Of a DNA stretch of 64,000 nucleotides, positions 48,142 to 57,640 are shown piece after piece. This stretch comes from an uncultured Nitrospiraceae bacterium (GTDB lineage Bacteria; Nitrospirota; Nitrospiria; Nitrospirales; Nitrospiraceae), in contig CAWJWJ010000001.1 in the NCBI GenBank assembly GCA_963846575.1, forward strand, positions 800,001 through 864,000, written 5' to 3'. Numbering within the stretch: position 1 is the stretch's first letter; each line of letters starts with the position of its first letter. The notes under the pieces are model-generated. The model had not been told where the DNA came from, did not search any database, and saw nothing but the letters and a program-made list of their open reading frames with translations. A program made the translations under genes and the position numbers.

Positions 48142-49402
48142 TGTTGCTCCTTTTGCATGGCAAATCGATATGTTGAGTGCGAATAGGTTCGTTTAGATCT
48201 TGAGACACGGGGTTTTCGTACTGGCCAATTATGCGCACTTCGTATTCCCTTATCGTCTCAGTCTGATTCATTTTGTAATCAATTAGGTGGCCCATTTCAT
48301 GAGCCAATGCTCGCTCCAGGGAGAAAGTGAATTTTCGACCTCCCGAGCAGCTGCTAAGGCCTTGCACGTAAGTGGGGTCTATTTCTATCCAAAGATATGC
48401 GGCCCGACTAACTTTCCACCCAGTCCTATCTATGACTTGGTAATGAGTCAATGAGTTCTGAAGCTCGGTAATCATTCGAAGGCCGGATGGGCTCTTCGCA
48501 ATAAGATTGCCGAAAGCTACTTGAAACACGGGGTTTGAAGGAATGTCTAATATCAATCCAAACGGATCAACGAAGGACAGTGGCCGATTGGCAACATAGA
48601 CATATAAATTCATGGCACTGCTACCAAACTCAATAGGATCCTCACCGACAAACCGCTGGATCTTCGGGTGATAGTACCGCGCCCCATAGAAGTAGAGTCC
48701 CGTCCCATCATTCTCCCGCCCTGTGTACTGAAACTCATTACTGCTGACAGTGCCTGCTTGCGTGGAATTGCCGAAGGGCTCATAAGTGTACGTGGTCTGA
48801 CTCGTCCCGGCGGGATTCGTGAGCGCGATGGAGGTCCCGAGCGCATCGGTCTCGTAGAACTCATCGCTAGCGCCTTTGCGAATGTAGGGCTCATCAATGC
48901 TCAATCCACGGATATAGGTGACCGACGGGGTCGCCCCCGTCAATTCGGCATATACGTCACTCCCGTCGTACCAGAACCCGGCGGTGGTACCGTTGATCGT
49001 CTTGCTTTGTCTTCGTCCCAATCCGTCATAGATGAAGCTTGCCGTCAAACCGGTTCGGCTGATTCCTGTCAGTCTGTTTCTGGCATCCCACGTATAGGTC
49101 GTGGTCACCCCGGCTTGCGTCTCGGTCGCGAGATTGCCATTGCTGTCATATGTCAAATTGGTAGTCGCGCTGTTCCACCGTGTTAGCTCATTCGCCACGT
49201 CGTACCCAATATTGGCGGCGGCCACGGCTGTAGGAAGGTTAGAAGCAACCGCGTTCTGACGTAACTGCGTGATCCGATTTCCCTGCTTATCGTACGTATA
49301 GGTGAGCGCTTCAATCGTCGTCGGCGTCAGGGTTTTACTTCCCTCTGATCCTATCCCAGAACGCGGGGAATGCCTCCCAAACTGTTTTTCGCGCACGGTC
49401 AA
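48131..49402 (-). CDS. 5'-truncated Rhs core protein with C-terminal HExxH metallopeptidase toxin
   Basis: YD repeats, YEPFG, QYTGRE, YYHP..QRF..EDP, NLYVYVANRP..FVDPFGL; tip contains LAHEMGH and YENP…P.R. Confidence 0.85.
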   Translation of the reverse strand: MTVREKQFGRHSPRSGIGSEGSKTLTPTTIEALTYTYDKQGNRITQLRQNAVASNLPTAVAAANIGYDVANELTRWNSATTNLTYDSNGNLATETQAGVTTTYTWDARNRLTGISRTGLTASFIYDGLGRRQSKTINGTTAGFWYDGSDVYAELTGATPSVTYIRGLSIDEPYIRKGASDEFYETDALGTSIALTNPAGTSQTTYTYEPFGNSTQAGTVSSNEFQYTGRENDGTGLYFYGARYYHPKIQRFVGEDPIEFGSSAMNLYVYVANRPLSFVDPFGLILDIPSNPVFQVAFGNLIAKSPSGLRMITELQNSLTHYQVIDRTGWKVSRAAYLWIEIDPTYVQGLSSCSGGRKFTFSLERALAHEMGHLIDYKMNQTETIREYEVRIIGQYENPVSQDLNEPIRTQHIDLPCKRSNSEK

Positions 49403-49750
49403 AAAACCGGTCGATTTTTGGTTACTGCATGTTCCGGCTCTGAACGATGCTCACAATTGCCGCTCTGAGCGCACTAAAACGCACATACGCCTCCTTATGC
49501 CTACTTCCTTTCGTGCCTCATCTGTCCCAAAATCTGTCCTCTCCTGTCCCCGCGTGACCCCTAGTGGCCCCTTCAGGGGCCTTTGCTTCACTCCGGTGAT
49601 TCGCCTAGGGTGAGACGAACGGGAACAGGGCTCAAATGGAGGGAATGATGTCCGAGTCGGAACGCGTCAGACAGGAACACCGTCGTCCGTGGAAGGGAGA
49701 CAAAGCCGGTCCGCGCCGCATGCCGTCAGGCTGGGGCGCGGAGCGGAATG

Positions 49751-49775
49751 GCCCCCGTCTTGGTAACACGGGGGC
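49751..49775 (+). other. Candidate double-strand origin/nick-site hairpin
   Basis: GCCCCCGT-CTTGGTAAC-ACGGGGGC perfect 8-bp stem, 40 bp upstream of rep. Confidence 0.6.
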
Positions 49776-49814
49776 GCTACCCACAGCGCTCCGTACAGGA
49801 GTTCGATAGATTCC

Positions 49815-50822
49815 ATGGATTCTAGCTTCACCCTCTCGATTGATTGGCTGGCCTTTACCGTCTTGGCGAGCAACCCCCAAGAGACCATGAAGGTTCTTGG
49901 CGGCGATTGGAGTAGGGCCAAAGGGGACTTCCGAGGGTATCCCTTGTCCTGGATGCGGGTAGACGGCCTGCGCGGGGTCGGCAAACTGGGCACCAATGCC
50001 CCTCGTCGTCCGAATGAAATCCATGTGGACTTGTCGGGCGGCCTCGCGTCCGCCATGACACTGGATCAGATCCGAACCCTGCTCAAGTGGGTACATGCCC
50101 AACAGGGGCATGTCACACGCATCGACTGTGCACTCGATGACCGAGCGGGAACGGTGCCGGTCTCGACCATCCGAGAAGCGGTATCGGCAGGCCAATGTGT
50201 CACGAGGGCGGCTCAGGTCCGGCATATCGTGTCCAATCTGACGCATGGGACAGGAGCCACCACGGGCGAGACGATGTACTTCGGGAGTCCGCAGAGTCAG
50301 ACCTTGCTCCGTATCTACGACAAGCGCTTGGAACTGCAGAGCAAGGGCCAGGAAAACTACCAGGACTACGGGACTCGGTGGGAGTTGGAACTCAAGAAGG
50401 ACCGCGCCGAGCAATGTGCAAGAGCATTGGCGACCTTAGACGAAGCCGATTGGAAGGAGTTAGTAGTCGGCTTGCTTCGCTCCTATGTGGATTTCAGACA
50501 GATTACCAAAGAGACAGAGGATGAAGACCGATACCGGGCTCCAGTCTTGGAGTGGTACGCCCTCCTGACGGAGGGATTTCAGAAGGGGCGATTGGCCCAG
50601 GAGAAGCAGGTACAGACCCTGCAGTATGTGAAACGATGGGTGAGTGACACCCTGACGCCGATGTTGGCGGTTATTTGTGCCACCCCTGGAGGGGAAGAAT
50701 GGCTACAGCAGGAAATTGTCAGGGGCATTGCTCGGTGGAAAGACCGACACCGCAATTTGCTCAAACAACCACCCAATCGGTTTCACCGGTCTGCCGGCGG
50801 TCACGCGGGCAGCCCATGTTAG
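49815..50822 (+). CDS. Rep_trans-family replication initiator/relaxase
   Basis: IDWLAFT, VTRIDCALDD, GETMYFGS (catalytic Tyr), LRIYDKRLE, TRWELELK; AGGAG RBS. Confidence 0.9.
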   Translation: MDSSFTLSIDWLAFTVLASNPQETMKVLGGDWSRAKGDFRGYPLSWMRVDGLRGVGKLGTNAPRRPNEIHVDLSGGLASAMTLDQIRTLLKWVHAQQGHVTRIDCALDDRAGTVPVSTIREAVSAGQCVTRAAQVRHIVSNLTHGTGATTGETMYFGSPQSQTLLRIYDKRLELQSKGQENYQDYGTRWELELKKDRAEQCARALATLDEADWKELVVGLLRSYVDFRQITKETEDEDRYRAPVLEWYALLTEGFQKGRLAQEKQVQTLQYVKRWVSDTLTPMLAVICATPGGEEWLQQEIVRGIARWKDRHRNLLKQPPNRFHRSAGGHAGSPC

Positions 50823-50864
50823 GGGGACTGGGGGTGTCGGCAGACTCCCCCGGTGTATCTGCAC

Positions 50865-51179
50865 ATGCTCACCGTCAAAGAGCTCTCGGCTTGGCTCAAC
50901 ATCAAGCCGTCCACACTCTACCTCTGGGTTTCCAAGAAAAAGATTCCGTGCCGTCGCATTCATGGCCTCGTCCGCTTTGAACCTGAGGCGATCCAGGCCT
51001 GGCTAAACGGCTTTTCTTCTACGTCGAATATGAGGCCTCACCGCGTGCCTCGGCGTAAAGCTGGTGACGTAGACCACCTCATTGAAGCGGCTAAACGTGC
51101 CGTCTATACTTCCCGCCACGGGGAAACCAGACCAACAGCGAGCCCTCTTGGAAAGGAGAACAACGATGGGGCTCGTTAA
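50865..51179 (+). CDS. Excisionase-like HTH DNA-binding protein
   Basis: MLTVKELSAWLNIKPSTLYLWV…IP…VRF…I.AW; lies directly before the integrase. Confidence 0.85.
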   Translation: MLTVKELSAWLNIKPSTLYLWVSKKKIPCRRIHGLVRFEPEAIQAWLNGFSSTSNMRPHRVPRRKAGDVDHLIEAAKRAVYTSRHGETRPTASPLGKENNDGAR

Positions 51180-52287
51180 GCGTGGGAGTATTTGGTGGAT
51201 GAATATTGTGTTTCAAGGGCAACGCATTCGCCGCTCGACAGGGTCATCGAATCGAGCTTTGGCTGACGCCATTATGGCGAAGGTGAAGGTGCAATTGATC
51301 GAGGGGCAGTATTTTGATCGAGCGGAGGAACAATCTCGGACCTTCGCGGAATTGATGGATCGTTTTGAGCGAGAACACCTGGTGAAACTGGCCAGCCGAC
51401 AAACCGGACAAGCCTTCGTCAAGCGCTTCCGGGCCTTCTTCGGAGACCGGACGCTCGGCGAGATTACCCCTAAGCTGATCGCGGAGTATAAAAGTCGACG
51501 GTACGCTACCGGGGTGAAACCTGCCTCGATCAATCGAGAGCTCACCTGTTTGCGAAAGGCCTTCAACCTGGCGAGGCGGGAGTGGGAATGGTGTCGAGAC
51601 AATCCCGTCAGTCGCGTGTCTCTCGAAAAGGGCGCGACGAAACGAGACCGATGGCTGATGGAAGACGAGGAGGCACGATTGCTCGATGCCTGTCCGTCTT
51701 GGTTACGCGAGCTCGTGGTGTTCGCGCTGCATAGCGGGATGCGGTTGGGCGAGATCCTGTCACTGACCTGTGCCGGAGTGGATCTGTTCCGAAGAACGGC
51801 GACCGTGTTTGAGTCGAAAAACGGCGAGCGACGGACAGTGCCATTGAATCACACCGTGATGACGCTCCTGACGGAGAAGGCCAAAGTGCGGCATATCAAA
51901 ACCGCACTGGTCTTTCCGAGTCTCGCTGGTACACGGTTAGATCCTAACCATCTGCGACGGGCGTTGCGGCCTGCGATGGCAAAAGCGGGGATTGTGAACT
52001 GCCATTTCCATGACCTCCGCCACACCTTTGCGACGCGGCTGGTCCAGGCGGGAGTCGATCTTTACAAGGTGCAACGGCTCCTCGGGCACAAGTCGCCGAT
52101 GATGACGCAACGTTATGCTCATCATTACCCGGAAAGCCTGCGGGATGGAGTGGAGATTTTGGACCGACGATCACACTGTGACACAAAAATGACCACAGTG
52201 TTGCGCGTATCAGAGAGTGCTGTCGTGGAAGTCGTTGAAAAGATGGTGGGCGATACTGGTATCGAACCAGTGGCCTCTTCCGTGTGA
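51166..52287 (+). CDS. Tyrosine recombinase (phage-type integrase)
   Basis: AAGGAG RBS; GMRLGE, SKNG, HDLRHT, LLGH, QRYAH catalytic residues all present. Confidence 0.95.
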   Translation: MGLVKRGSIWWMNIVFQGQRIRRSTGSSNRALADAIMAKVKVQLIEGQYFDRAEEQSRTFAELMDRFEREHLVKLASRQTGQAFVKRFRAFFGDRTLGEITPKLIAEYKSRRYATGVKPASINRELTCLRKAFNLARREWEWCRDNPVSRVSLEKGATKRDRWLMEDEEARLLDACPSWLRELVVFALHSGMRLGEILSLTCAGVDLFRRTATVFESKNGERRTVPLNHTVMTLLTEKAKVRHIKTALVFPSLAGTRLDPNHLRRALRPAMAKAGIVNCHFHDLRHTFATRLVQAGVDLYKVQRLLGHKSPMMTQRYAHHYPESLRDGVEILDRRSHCDTKMTTVLRVSESAVVEVVEKMVGDTGIEPVASSV

Positions 52288-52318
52288 AGGAAGCGCTCTC
52301 CCCCTGAGCTAATCGCCC
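52244..52318 (-). tRNA. tRNA-Val(CAC)
   Basis: Reverse complement GGGCGATTAGCTCAGGGGGAGAGCGCTTCCTTCACACGGAAGAGGCCACTGGTTCGATACCAGTATCGCCCACCA. Confidence 0.97.
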
Positions 52319-52453
52319 ACGCGAGGTGAGTCTAGCATGGTCTAGCAAAACGGAGCAACAAACCTAGCTAGTTAGATTCATCCCGCCACATTGGTCGAAG
52401 TTCCTGAGAAGATGTAACTTCGAGAACATGGTTAGGAAATACCCAGCGGTTTC

Positions 52454-52483
52454 TTGACATCGAGAAAAGGCCATTCCTACAAT
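52454..52483 (+). promoter_or_regulatory. Sigma70-type promoter for the trmFO operon
   Basis: TTGACA-N18-TACAAT, 35 bp before the trmFO ATG. Confidence 0.65.
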
Positions 52484-52518
52484 GGGCTTCCTTCCATTAT
52501 TCAAAGGCTTTCCCATTC

Positions 52519-53835
52519 ATGCGTGAAGACATCGTGATCATTGGGGGCGGCCTGGCCGGCTCAGAAGCGGCCTGGCAAGCGGCCAACCACGGGGCGAAGG
52601 TGACGCTCTACGAGATGCGTCCGAAGCAGCCGACGAAGGCCCATAAGACAGGTGATCTGGCGGAACTCGTGTGCTCGAATTCACTCGGATCGGCCGACCC
52701 CCTCAATGCACCCGGCATCCTGAAGGCTGAGATGCGTCGCCTGAACTCCCTCGTGATTCGTGCAGCGGAGGAGGCCAGGGTACCGGCGGGTTCCGCCCTG
52801 GCCGTCGATCGTGACCAGTTCGCACGTGCCATCACCAGCGCGTTGGAAGGACATCCGAACATTCGGATCATCCGGGAAGAAGTGACGGAGGTGCCCTCGG
52901 ATGCCGTCAGCATCATCGCGACGGGGCCGCTCACGTCCGAGAAGTTGTCCCAGGCCATCAGCGAATTGACCCACGAGCGGCATCTCTATTTCTTTGATGC
53001 CATTTCGCCTATCGTTGATGCGGATTCGATTAACATGGACATCGTCTATCGCGCATCGCGGTACGGGAAAGGGGGTGCCGACTACCTCAACTGCCCCCTG
53101 GATGAAGCCGCCTATAATGCTTTGTATGAGGCCATGATGGCGGCGGAGAAGGTGCAGCCGAAGGAGTTCGAGAAAATAGCCTATTTCGAGAGTTGCATTC
53201 CTATCGAAGTCATGGCCGAACGAGGCCGGCAGACCATGCAGTTCGGGCCGCTGAAGCCTGTCGGGCTGGAACATCCGACAACCGGAGTCCGCCCCTATGC
53301 CGTGGTTCAGCTACGCACGGAGAACGCGCACGGAACCTGCTACAACATGGTGGGTTTCCAGACCAAACTGACCTATCCTGAGCAGCGTCGGGTGTTCCGT
53401 CTCATACCCGGGCTGGAGCAAGCTGAGTTTTTACGGCTCGGCAGTCTCCATCGCAACACCTTCATCAATTCGCCACAACTGTTGCGAGACACCCTGCAAC
53501 TGAAGTCTCGTGGAACGGTCTTCTTTGCCGGGCAGTTGGTTGGTGTCGAAGGATATACAGAGTCCGCTGCGATGGGAGGCCTCGCCGGCATCAATGCCGC
53601 CCGAGGTTTGGCAGGACAATCGCTGGTCACTCCACCGCCGACCAGCGCTCATGGCTGCTTGATGGCCCACATCACCAAAAGCGACCCGGCGCATTTTCAG
53701 CCTATGAACACAAATTTCGGCTTGTTTCCGCCCCCCTCGGTCAGGACGCGCGACAAGGAACAGAAGCGGCGTCTTATCCAGCAACGAGCCCTTGAGGATT
53801 TTGACGCATGGATCGCGCAATCCGGGCTTTCTTAG
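52519..53835 (+). CDS. trmFO: tRNA (uracil-54-C5)-methyltransferase, FADH2-oxidizing
   Basis: GGGLAGSEAAWQ, ELVCSNS, FFDAISP, GFQTKL, HRNTFINSP, GVEGY. Confidence 0.96.
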   Translation: MREDIVIIGGGLAGSEAAWQAANHGAKVTLYEMRPKQPTKAHKTGDLAELVCSNSLGSADPLNAPGILKAEMRRLNSLVIRAAEEARVPAGSALAVDRDQFARAITSALEGHPNIRIIREEVTEVPSDAVSIIATGPLTSEKLSQAISELTHERHLYFFDAISPIVDADSINMDIVYRASRYGKGGADYLNCPLDEAAYNALYEAMMAAEKVQPKEFEKIAYFESCIPIEVMAERGRQTMQFGPLKPVGLEHPTTGVRPYAVVQLRTENAHGTCYNMVGFQTKLTYPEQRRVFRLIPGLEQAEFLRLGSLHRNTFINSPQLLRDTLQLKSRGTVFFAGQLVGVEGYTESAAMGGLAGINAARGLAGQSLVTPPPTSAHGCLMAHITKSDPAHFQPMNTNFGLFPPPSVRTRDKEQKRRLIQQRALEDFDAWIAQSGLS

Positions 53836-54764
53836 ACGCCCTGGCTGTTCAGCAGGGCGCCTCCCCCCAGACGATTCGTGCCTACGCCTCGGACTTGGCT
53901 CAATTCCAAGTTTTTGCGCGCAATGCCCTGGATCCACGCGTGCCCCTCGTCCCTGAATCGATAGAGCCGGCGCTGATCCGTGCCTTCCTCGCCTCGCTTG
54001 ATCGCAGGGGTGAGAAGAAGGCTTCCCTATCGAGAAAACTGGCTTGCCTGCGAAGCTGGTTCCGTTATCTGGTTCGTGCCGGGCAGCTGGAAGCAAACCC
54101 GGCTGAGGGTGTACGGGCACCAAAACTTCCGAAACACCTCCCCCGCGTTCTCACCAAGGATGATGCGGGAGCATTGATGGAGTTCCCCGCCGGTCAGGGA
54201 CAGGATGTGTTGCGTGATCGCGCGATTTTGGAAACGCTCTATTCAACGGGCGCTCGAGTCAGTGAACTGGTGGGGATGAATCGCGGCGATATCAGCCGCA
54301 GCGACGGATTGGTGCGCGTGCGCGGCAAGGGTGCGAAAGAGCGTATCATCCCTCTAGGCGATGTGGCGCTGGAAGCCATCGATGAGTATCTGGCACAAGC
54401 GGCTCAGAAGGCTGACCGATCATCGCAATCAGCGTTGCATGCTCTGCCGGTGTTCCGTAACCGCCGCGGAGGTCGCTTGACCACCCGGACCATTGCGCGC
54501 ATCGTGGCCAAATATTCGAGCCGGCTTGCCGGAGGAACGATTCACCCGCATACATTGCGGCATTCGTTTGCCACCCATCTGCTGGATGAGGGCGCCGATT
54601 TGCGCGCCATTCAAGAAATGCTGGGCCATGTCTCGCTCAGTACGACACAAAAGTACACACACCTGGCGACTGATCAGTTGCTTGCGCTATACGATCGCAC
54701 ACATCCCCGCGCCATGGCGGCAACAGGCCTACCGGGCGGCGCAAAGCAGAAGGACTCGCGATGA
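53808..54764 (+). CDS. xerC: Tyrosine recombinase XerC
   Basis: [44 protein letters not shown]; lies before hslV. Confidence 0.88.
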   Translation: MDRAIRAFLDALAVQQGASPQTIRAYASDLAQFQVFARNALDPRVPLVPESIEPALIRAFLASLDRRGEKKASLSRKLACLRSWFRYLVRAGQLEANPAEGVRAPKLPKHLPRVLTKDDAGALMEFPAGQGQDVLRDRAILETLYSTGARVSELVGMNRGDISRSDGLVRVRGKGAKERIIPLGDVALEAIDEYLAQAAQKADRSSQSALHALPVFRNRRGGRLTTRTIARIVAKYSSRLAGGTIHPHTLRHSFATHLLDEGADLRAIQEMLGHVSLSTTQKYTHLATDQLLALYDRTHPRAMAATGLPGGAKQKDSR

Positions 54765-55297
54765 TTATTCGATCCACGACGGTGCTCTGTGTCCGGCGAG
54801 GCAGTCAGGTGACGATGGGCTCCGACGGACAGGTCACAGTCGGCACGACGGTTATGAAGCACAATGCAAGAAAAATGCGGCGCATGCATAACGACACGGT
54901 CCTGGCAGGGTTTGCCGGGGCGACGGCCGATGCCTTTACCCTGTTTGAGAAGTTCGAGGCCAAACTGGCCGAATACCGCGGCAATCTCACTCGTGCCGCC
55001 GTCGAACTGGCGAAAGACTGGCGGACCGATCGTGTCTTGAGGCGGTTGGAGGCATTGCTCGCCGTCGCGGACCTTGATCACTCATTCATCATCTCCGGTA
55101 CCGGGGACGTAGTCGAGCCGGAGGACGGCATCCTCGCCATTGGTTCAGGCGGTCCCTATGCCTTGGCTGCGGCGCGCGCGTTACTGGCGCATTCCGAACT
55201 GGTTGCTGAACTCGTGGTCCGGGAATCCCTCATGATTGCCGGCGGGATCGACATTTATACCAATCAACAGATTGTGATCGAATCGCTCACTCGGTAG
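54761..55297 (+). CDS. hslV: ATP-dependent protease subunit HslV
   Basis: STTV N-terminal Thr, [23 protein letters not shown]. Confidence 0.97.
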   Translation: MIIRSTTVLCVRRGSQVTMGSDGQVTVGTTVMKHNARKMRRMHNDTVLAGFAGATADAFTLFEKFEAKLAEYRGNLTRAAVELAKDWRTDRVLRRLEALLAVADLDHSFIISGTGDVVEPEDGILAIGSGGPYALAAARALLAHSELVAELVVRESLMIAGGIDIYTNQQIVIESLTR

Positions 55298-55309
55298 GAT
55301 CTATTTACC

Positions 55310-56713
55310 ATGACGACTGAACCCATGCCTCGTCCGCTCAATGTGAATAGTCTGACCCCACGGCAAATCGTTGAAGCCTTGGATCGGTATGTGATCGGCC
55401 AGCAAGACGCCAAGCGCATGGTGGCCATTGCACTCCGGAACCGCTGGCGTCGGCAACAGCTGCCTCCTGAGCTGCGTGACGAGGTCATGCCGAAGAACAT
55501 TATTATGATCGGGCCGACCGGCGTGGGAAAGACAGAAATCGCCAGACGCCTGGCCAAACTGGCCGAAGCGCCTTTCATTAAGGTGGAGGCGTCAAAATTC
55601 ACGGAAGTCGGTTATGTCGGCCGCGATGTCGAATCGATCATTCGGGATCTCACGGAGTTGGCGATAAATCTGGTGAAGACGAAACATCTCGAAGAGGTTC
55701 AGGAAAAGGCGTCTCGGCTCGGGGAAGAGCGGATTCTCGATCTGCTGCTGCCTGGTGTTCCTCCACGGTCCACTCCGCCAGGCTTCGATCACTCTGGACA
55801 GCGCTCGGAGACTATCGAGCCGACGGATTCACCTGATGCCACTCGATCCAAGCTCCGGCTACAACTGCGTGAAGGAAAATTAGATCAGCGTTCCGTCGAG
55901 GTGGAGGTGAAAGAGCGGGCATTGCCGCTGGGGGTCATTTCCAACGCGGGCGGCATGGAAGAACTCGAAGGGAATTTGCGCGACATGCTGGGTGGCATGT
56001 TTCAAGGCAAAAAGAAGAAACGATCCATGAAAGTGCCGGATGCGCTGAAGCATCTCACTCAGGAAGAGGCGCAAAAACTCATCGATATGGATGAGGTCGT
56101 GCGGGAGGCGATCGGAAAAGTCGAACAGACCGGCATCGTGTTTCTGGATGAGATTGATAAAATTGCCGGTCGCGAGCGCACAATGGGACCGGACGTGTCC
56201 CGGGAGGGCGTGCAGCGAGATCTGCTGCCGATAGTGGAGGGGGCCACCGTCAGTACGAAGCATGGGGCGGTCCAGACGGATCATATCCTGTTCATCGCCG
56301 CCGGCGCATTTCACGTGGCCAAACCCTCGGATTTGATTCCGGAACTGCAAGGCCGTTTTCCCATCCGTGTAGAGTTGGCGCCCCTGACCAAAGAGGATTT
56401 CGTAAGGATCTTGACCGAACCCCGAGGATCACTGGTTCGTCAATATCACGCCTTGCTGGCGACCGAAGGCCTTACGGTAGAATTCACCGCGGATGGGCTC
56501 GCCGAAATCGCAGCGACCGCAGTGCAGGTGAATGAGCGTACCGAAAATATCGGCGCGCGCCGTCTTTTCACGATCATGGAGCGATTGCTTGAGCAGGTCT
56601 CGTTCGAAGGCGCTGAGATGCAACTCAAGACCATCGTCGTGGATGCGGCCTATGTTCGGGAACGCCTGCAGGACATTGTGAAGGATCAAGACTTGAGCCG
56701 GTATATTCTGTAG
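55310..56713 (+). CDS. hslU: ATP-dependent protease ATPase subunit HslU
   Basis: [12 protein letters not shown] pore loop, [21 protein letters not shown]. Confidence 0.98.
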   Translation: MTTEPMPRPLNVNSLTPRQIVEALDRYVIGQQDAKRMVAIALRNRWRRQQLPPELRDEVMPKNIIMIGPTGVGKTEIARRLAKLAEAPFIKVEASKFTEVGYVGRDVESIIRDLTELAINLVKTKHLEEVQEKASRLGEERILDLLLPGVPPRSTPPGFDHSGQRSETIEPTDSPDATRSKLRLQLREGKLDQRSVEVEVKERALPLGVISNAGGMEELEGNLRDMLGGMFQGKKKKRSMKVPDALKHLTQEEAQKLIDMDEVVREAIGKVEQTGIVFLDEIDKIAGRERTMGPDVSREGVQRDLLPIVEGATVSTKHGAVQTDHILFIAAGAFHVAKPSDLIPELQGRFPIRVELAPLTKEDFVRILTEPRGSLVRQYHALLATEGLTVEFTADGLAEIAATAVQVNERTENIGARRLFTIMERLLEQVSFEGAEMQLKTIVVDAAYVRERLQDIVKDQDLSRYIL

Positions 56714-56740
56714 GCGGCCATCAGGAGCGAGGAGTGACGC

Positions 56741-57637
56741 ATGCACAAACTGATTAAGAAGGCCGACGTCCTCATTGAGGCGTTGCCCTACATCCGTACC
56801 TTCAAGGGCAAAACCGTGGTCATCAAGTATGGCGGCCATGCGATGACGGATCCGTCGCTCAAGGGACGTTTCGCGCAAAACGTCGTGTTACTGAAGTATG
56901 TCGGACTCAATCCGGTCATCGTACATGGAGGAGGCCCTCAGATCGATCAGATGCTTGACCGGCTGGGCATGGAAGCAAAATTTCGCCATGGGGTTCGGGT
57001 GACTGACGCGGCCACCATGGAAATTGTCGAGATGGTGCTGGCCGGCCGGATCAACATGGAAATCGTGGATCTGCTGAATCGGCACGGCGGTCAGGCGGTC
57101 GGACTCAGCGGGAAAGACGGCGGGCTGATGTTGACGAAGCCCTTAACGGCCAAGGCCTGGGCAGAGAGCATCGAGAAGGACTTCGATGCCGCAGAGTCGG
57201 ATGCGGATTTCGGGTTTGTCGGGGATGTGAAATCGATCGACCCCACGCTTCTGCTCAAGTTGCAAGAGGACAGTTACATCCCCGTCATTGCGCCCATCGG
57301 GACTGACCGAGAAGGCAATACCTATAATATTAATGCCGACCTGGTGGCGGGGGCTATTGCGGCAGCCTTGAAGGCTGAAAAACTTGTCATGTTGACCGAT
57401 GTGAAAGGCATTCGTGACGCCAACGGCCGCCACCTGTCGACGGTCTCTCGTAAGGATGTGCAGCGGATGGTCAAACGCGGCACAATCAGCGAGGGAATGC
57501 TGCCGAAAGTGCATGCTTGTCTGGATGCTCTGGCCGAGGGCGTAGGCAAAGCGCACATCGTCGATGGCCGTATCCCCCATGCCATTCTTTTGGAGATATT
57601 CACCCATAAGGGTATCGGCACCGAGATCGTGGCATAG
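56741..57637 (+). CDS. argB: Acetylglutamate kinase
   Basis: EALPYI, KYGGHAM, VHGGG, NINAD, GMLPK, GIGT. Confidence 0.96.
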   Translation: MHKLIKKADVLIEALPYIRTFKGKTVVIKYGGHAMTDPSLKGRFAQNVVLLKYVGLNPVIVHGGGPQIDQMLDRLGMEAKFRHGVRVTDAATMEIVEMVLAGRINMEIVDLLNRHGGQAVGLSGKDGGLMLTKPLTAKAWAESIEKDFDAAESDADFGFVGDVKSIDPTLLLKLQEDSYIPVIAPIGTDREGNTYNINADLVAGAIAAALKAEKLVMLTDVKGIRDANGRHLSTVSRKDVQRMVKRGTISEGMLPKVHACLDALAEGVGKAHIVDGRIPHAILLEIFTHKGIGTEIVA

Positions 57638-57640
57638 CGT

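Larger units (their letters stand above)
45914..52290. mobile_element. Integrative rolling-circle element in tRNA-Val(CAC)
   Basis: Flanked by a 49-bp direct repeat of the tRNA 3' part; encodes integrase, xis-like HTH, Rep_trans, a TA pair and Rhs cargo. Confidence 0.92.

Noticed and set aside
46950..49457. 10-bp direct repeat TGCTCACAAT at 46950 and 49448 bracketing the Rhs cargo
   Set aside because: Short, lies 100-200 bp away from the apparent homology breakpoints, and is plausible by chance
53808..54764. Second tyrosine recombinase as part of the mobile element
   Set aside because: Lies outside the att repeats, in the housekeeping trmFO-xerC-hslVU-argB operon
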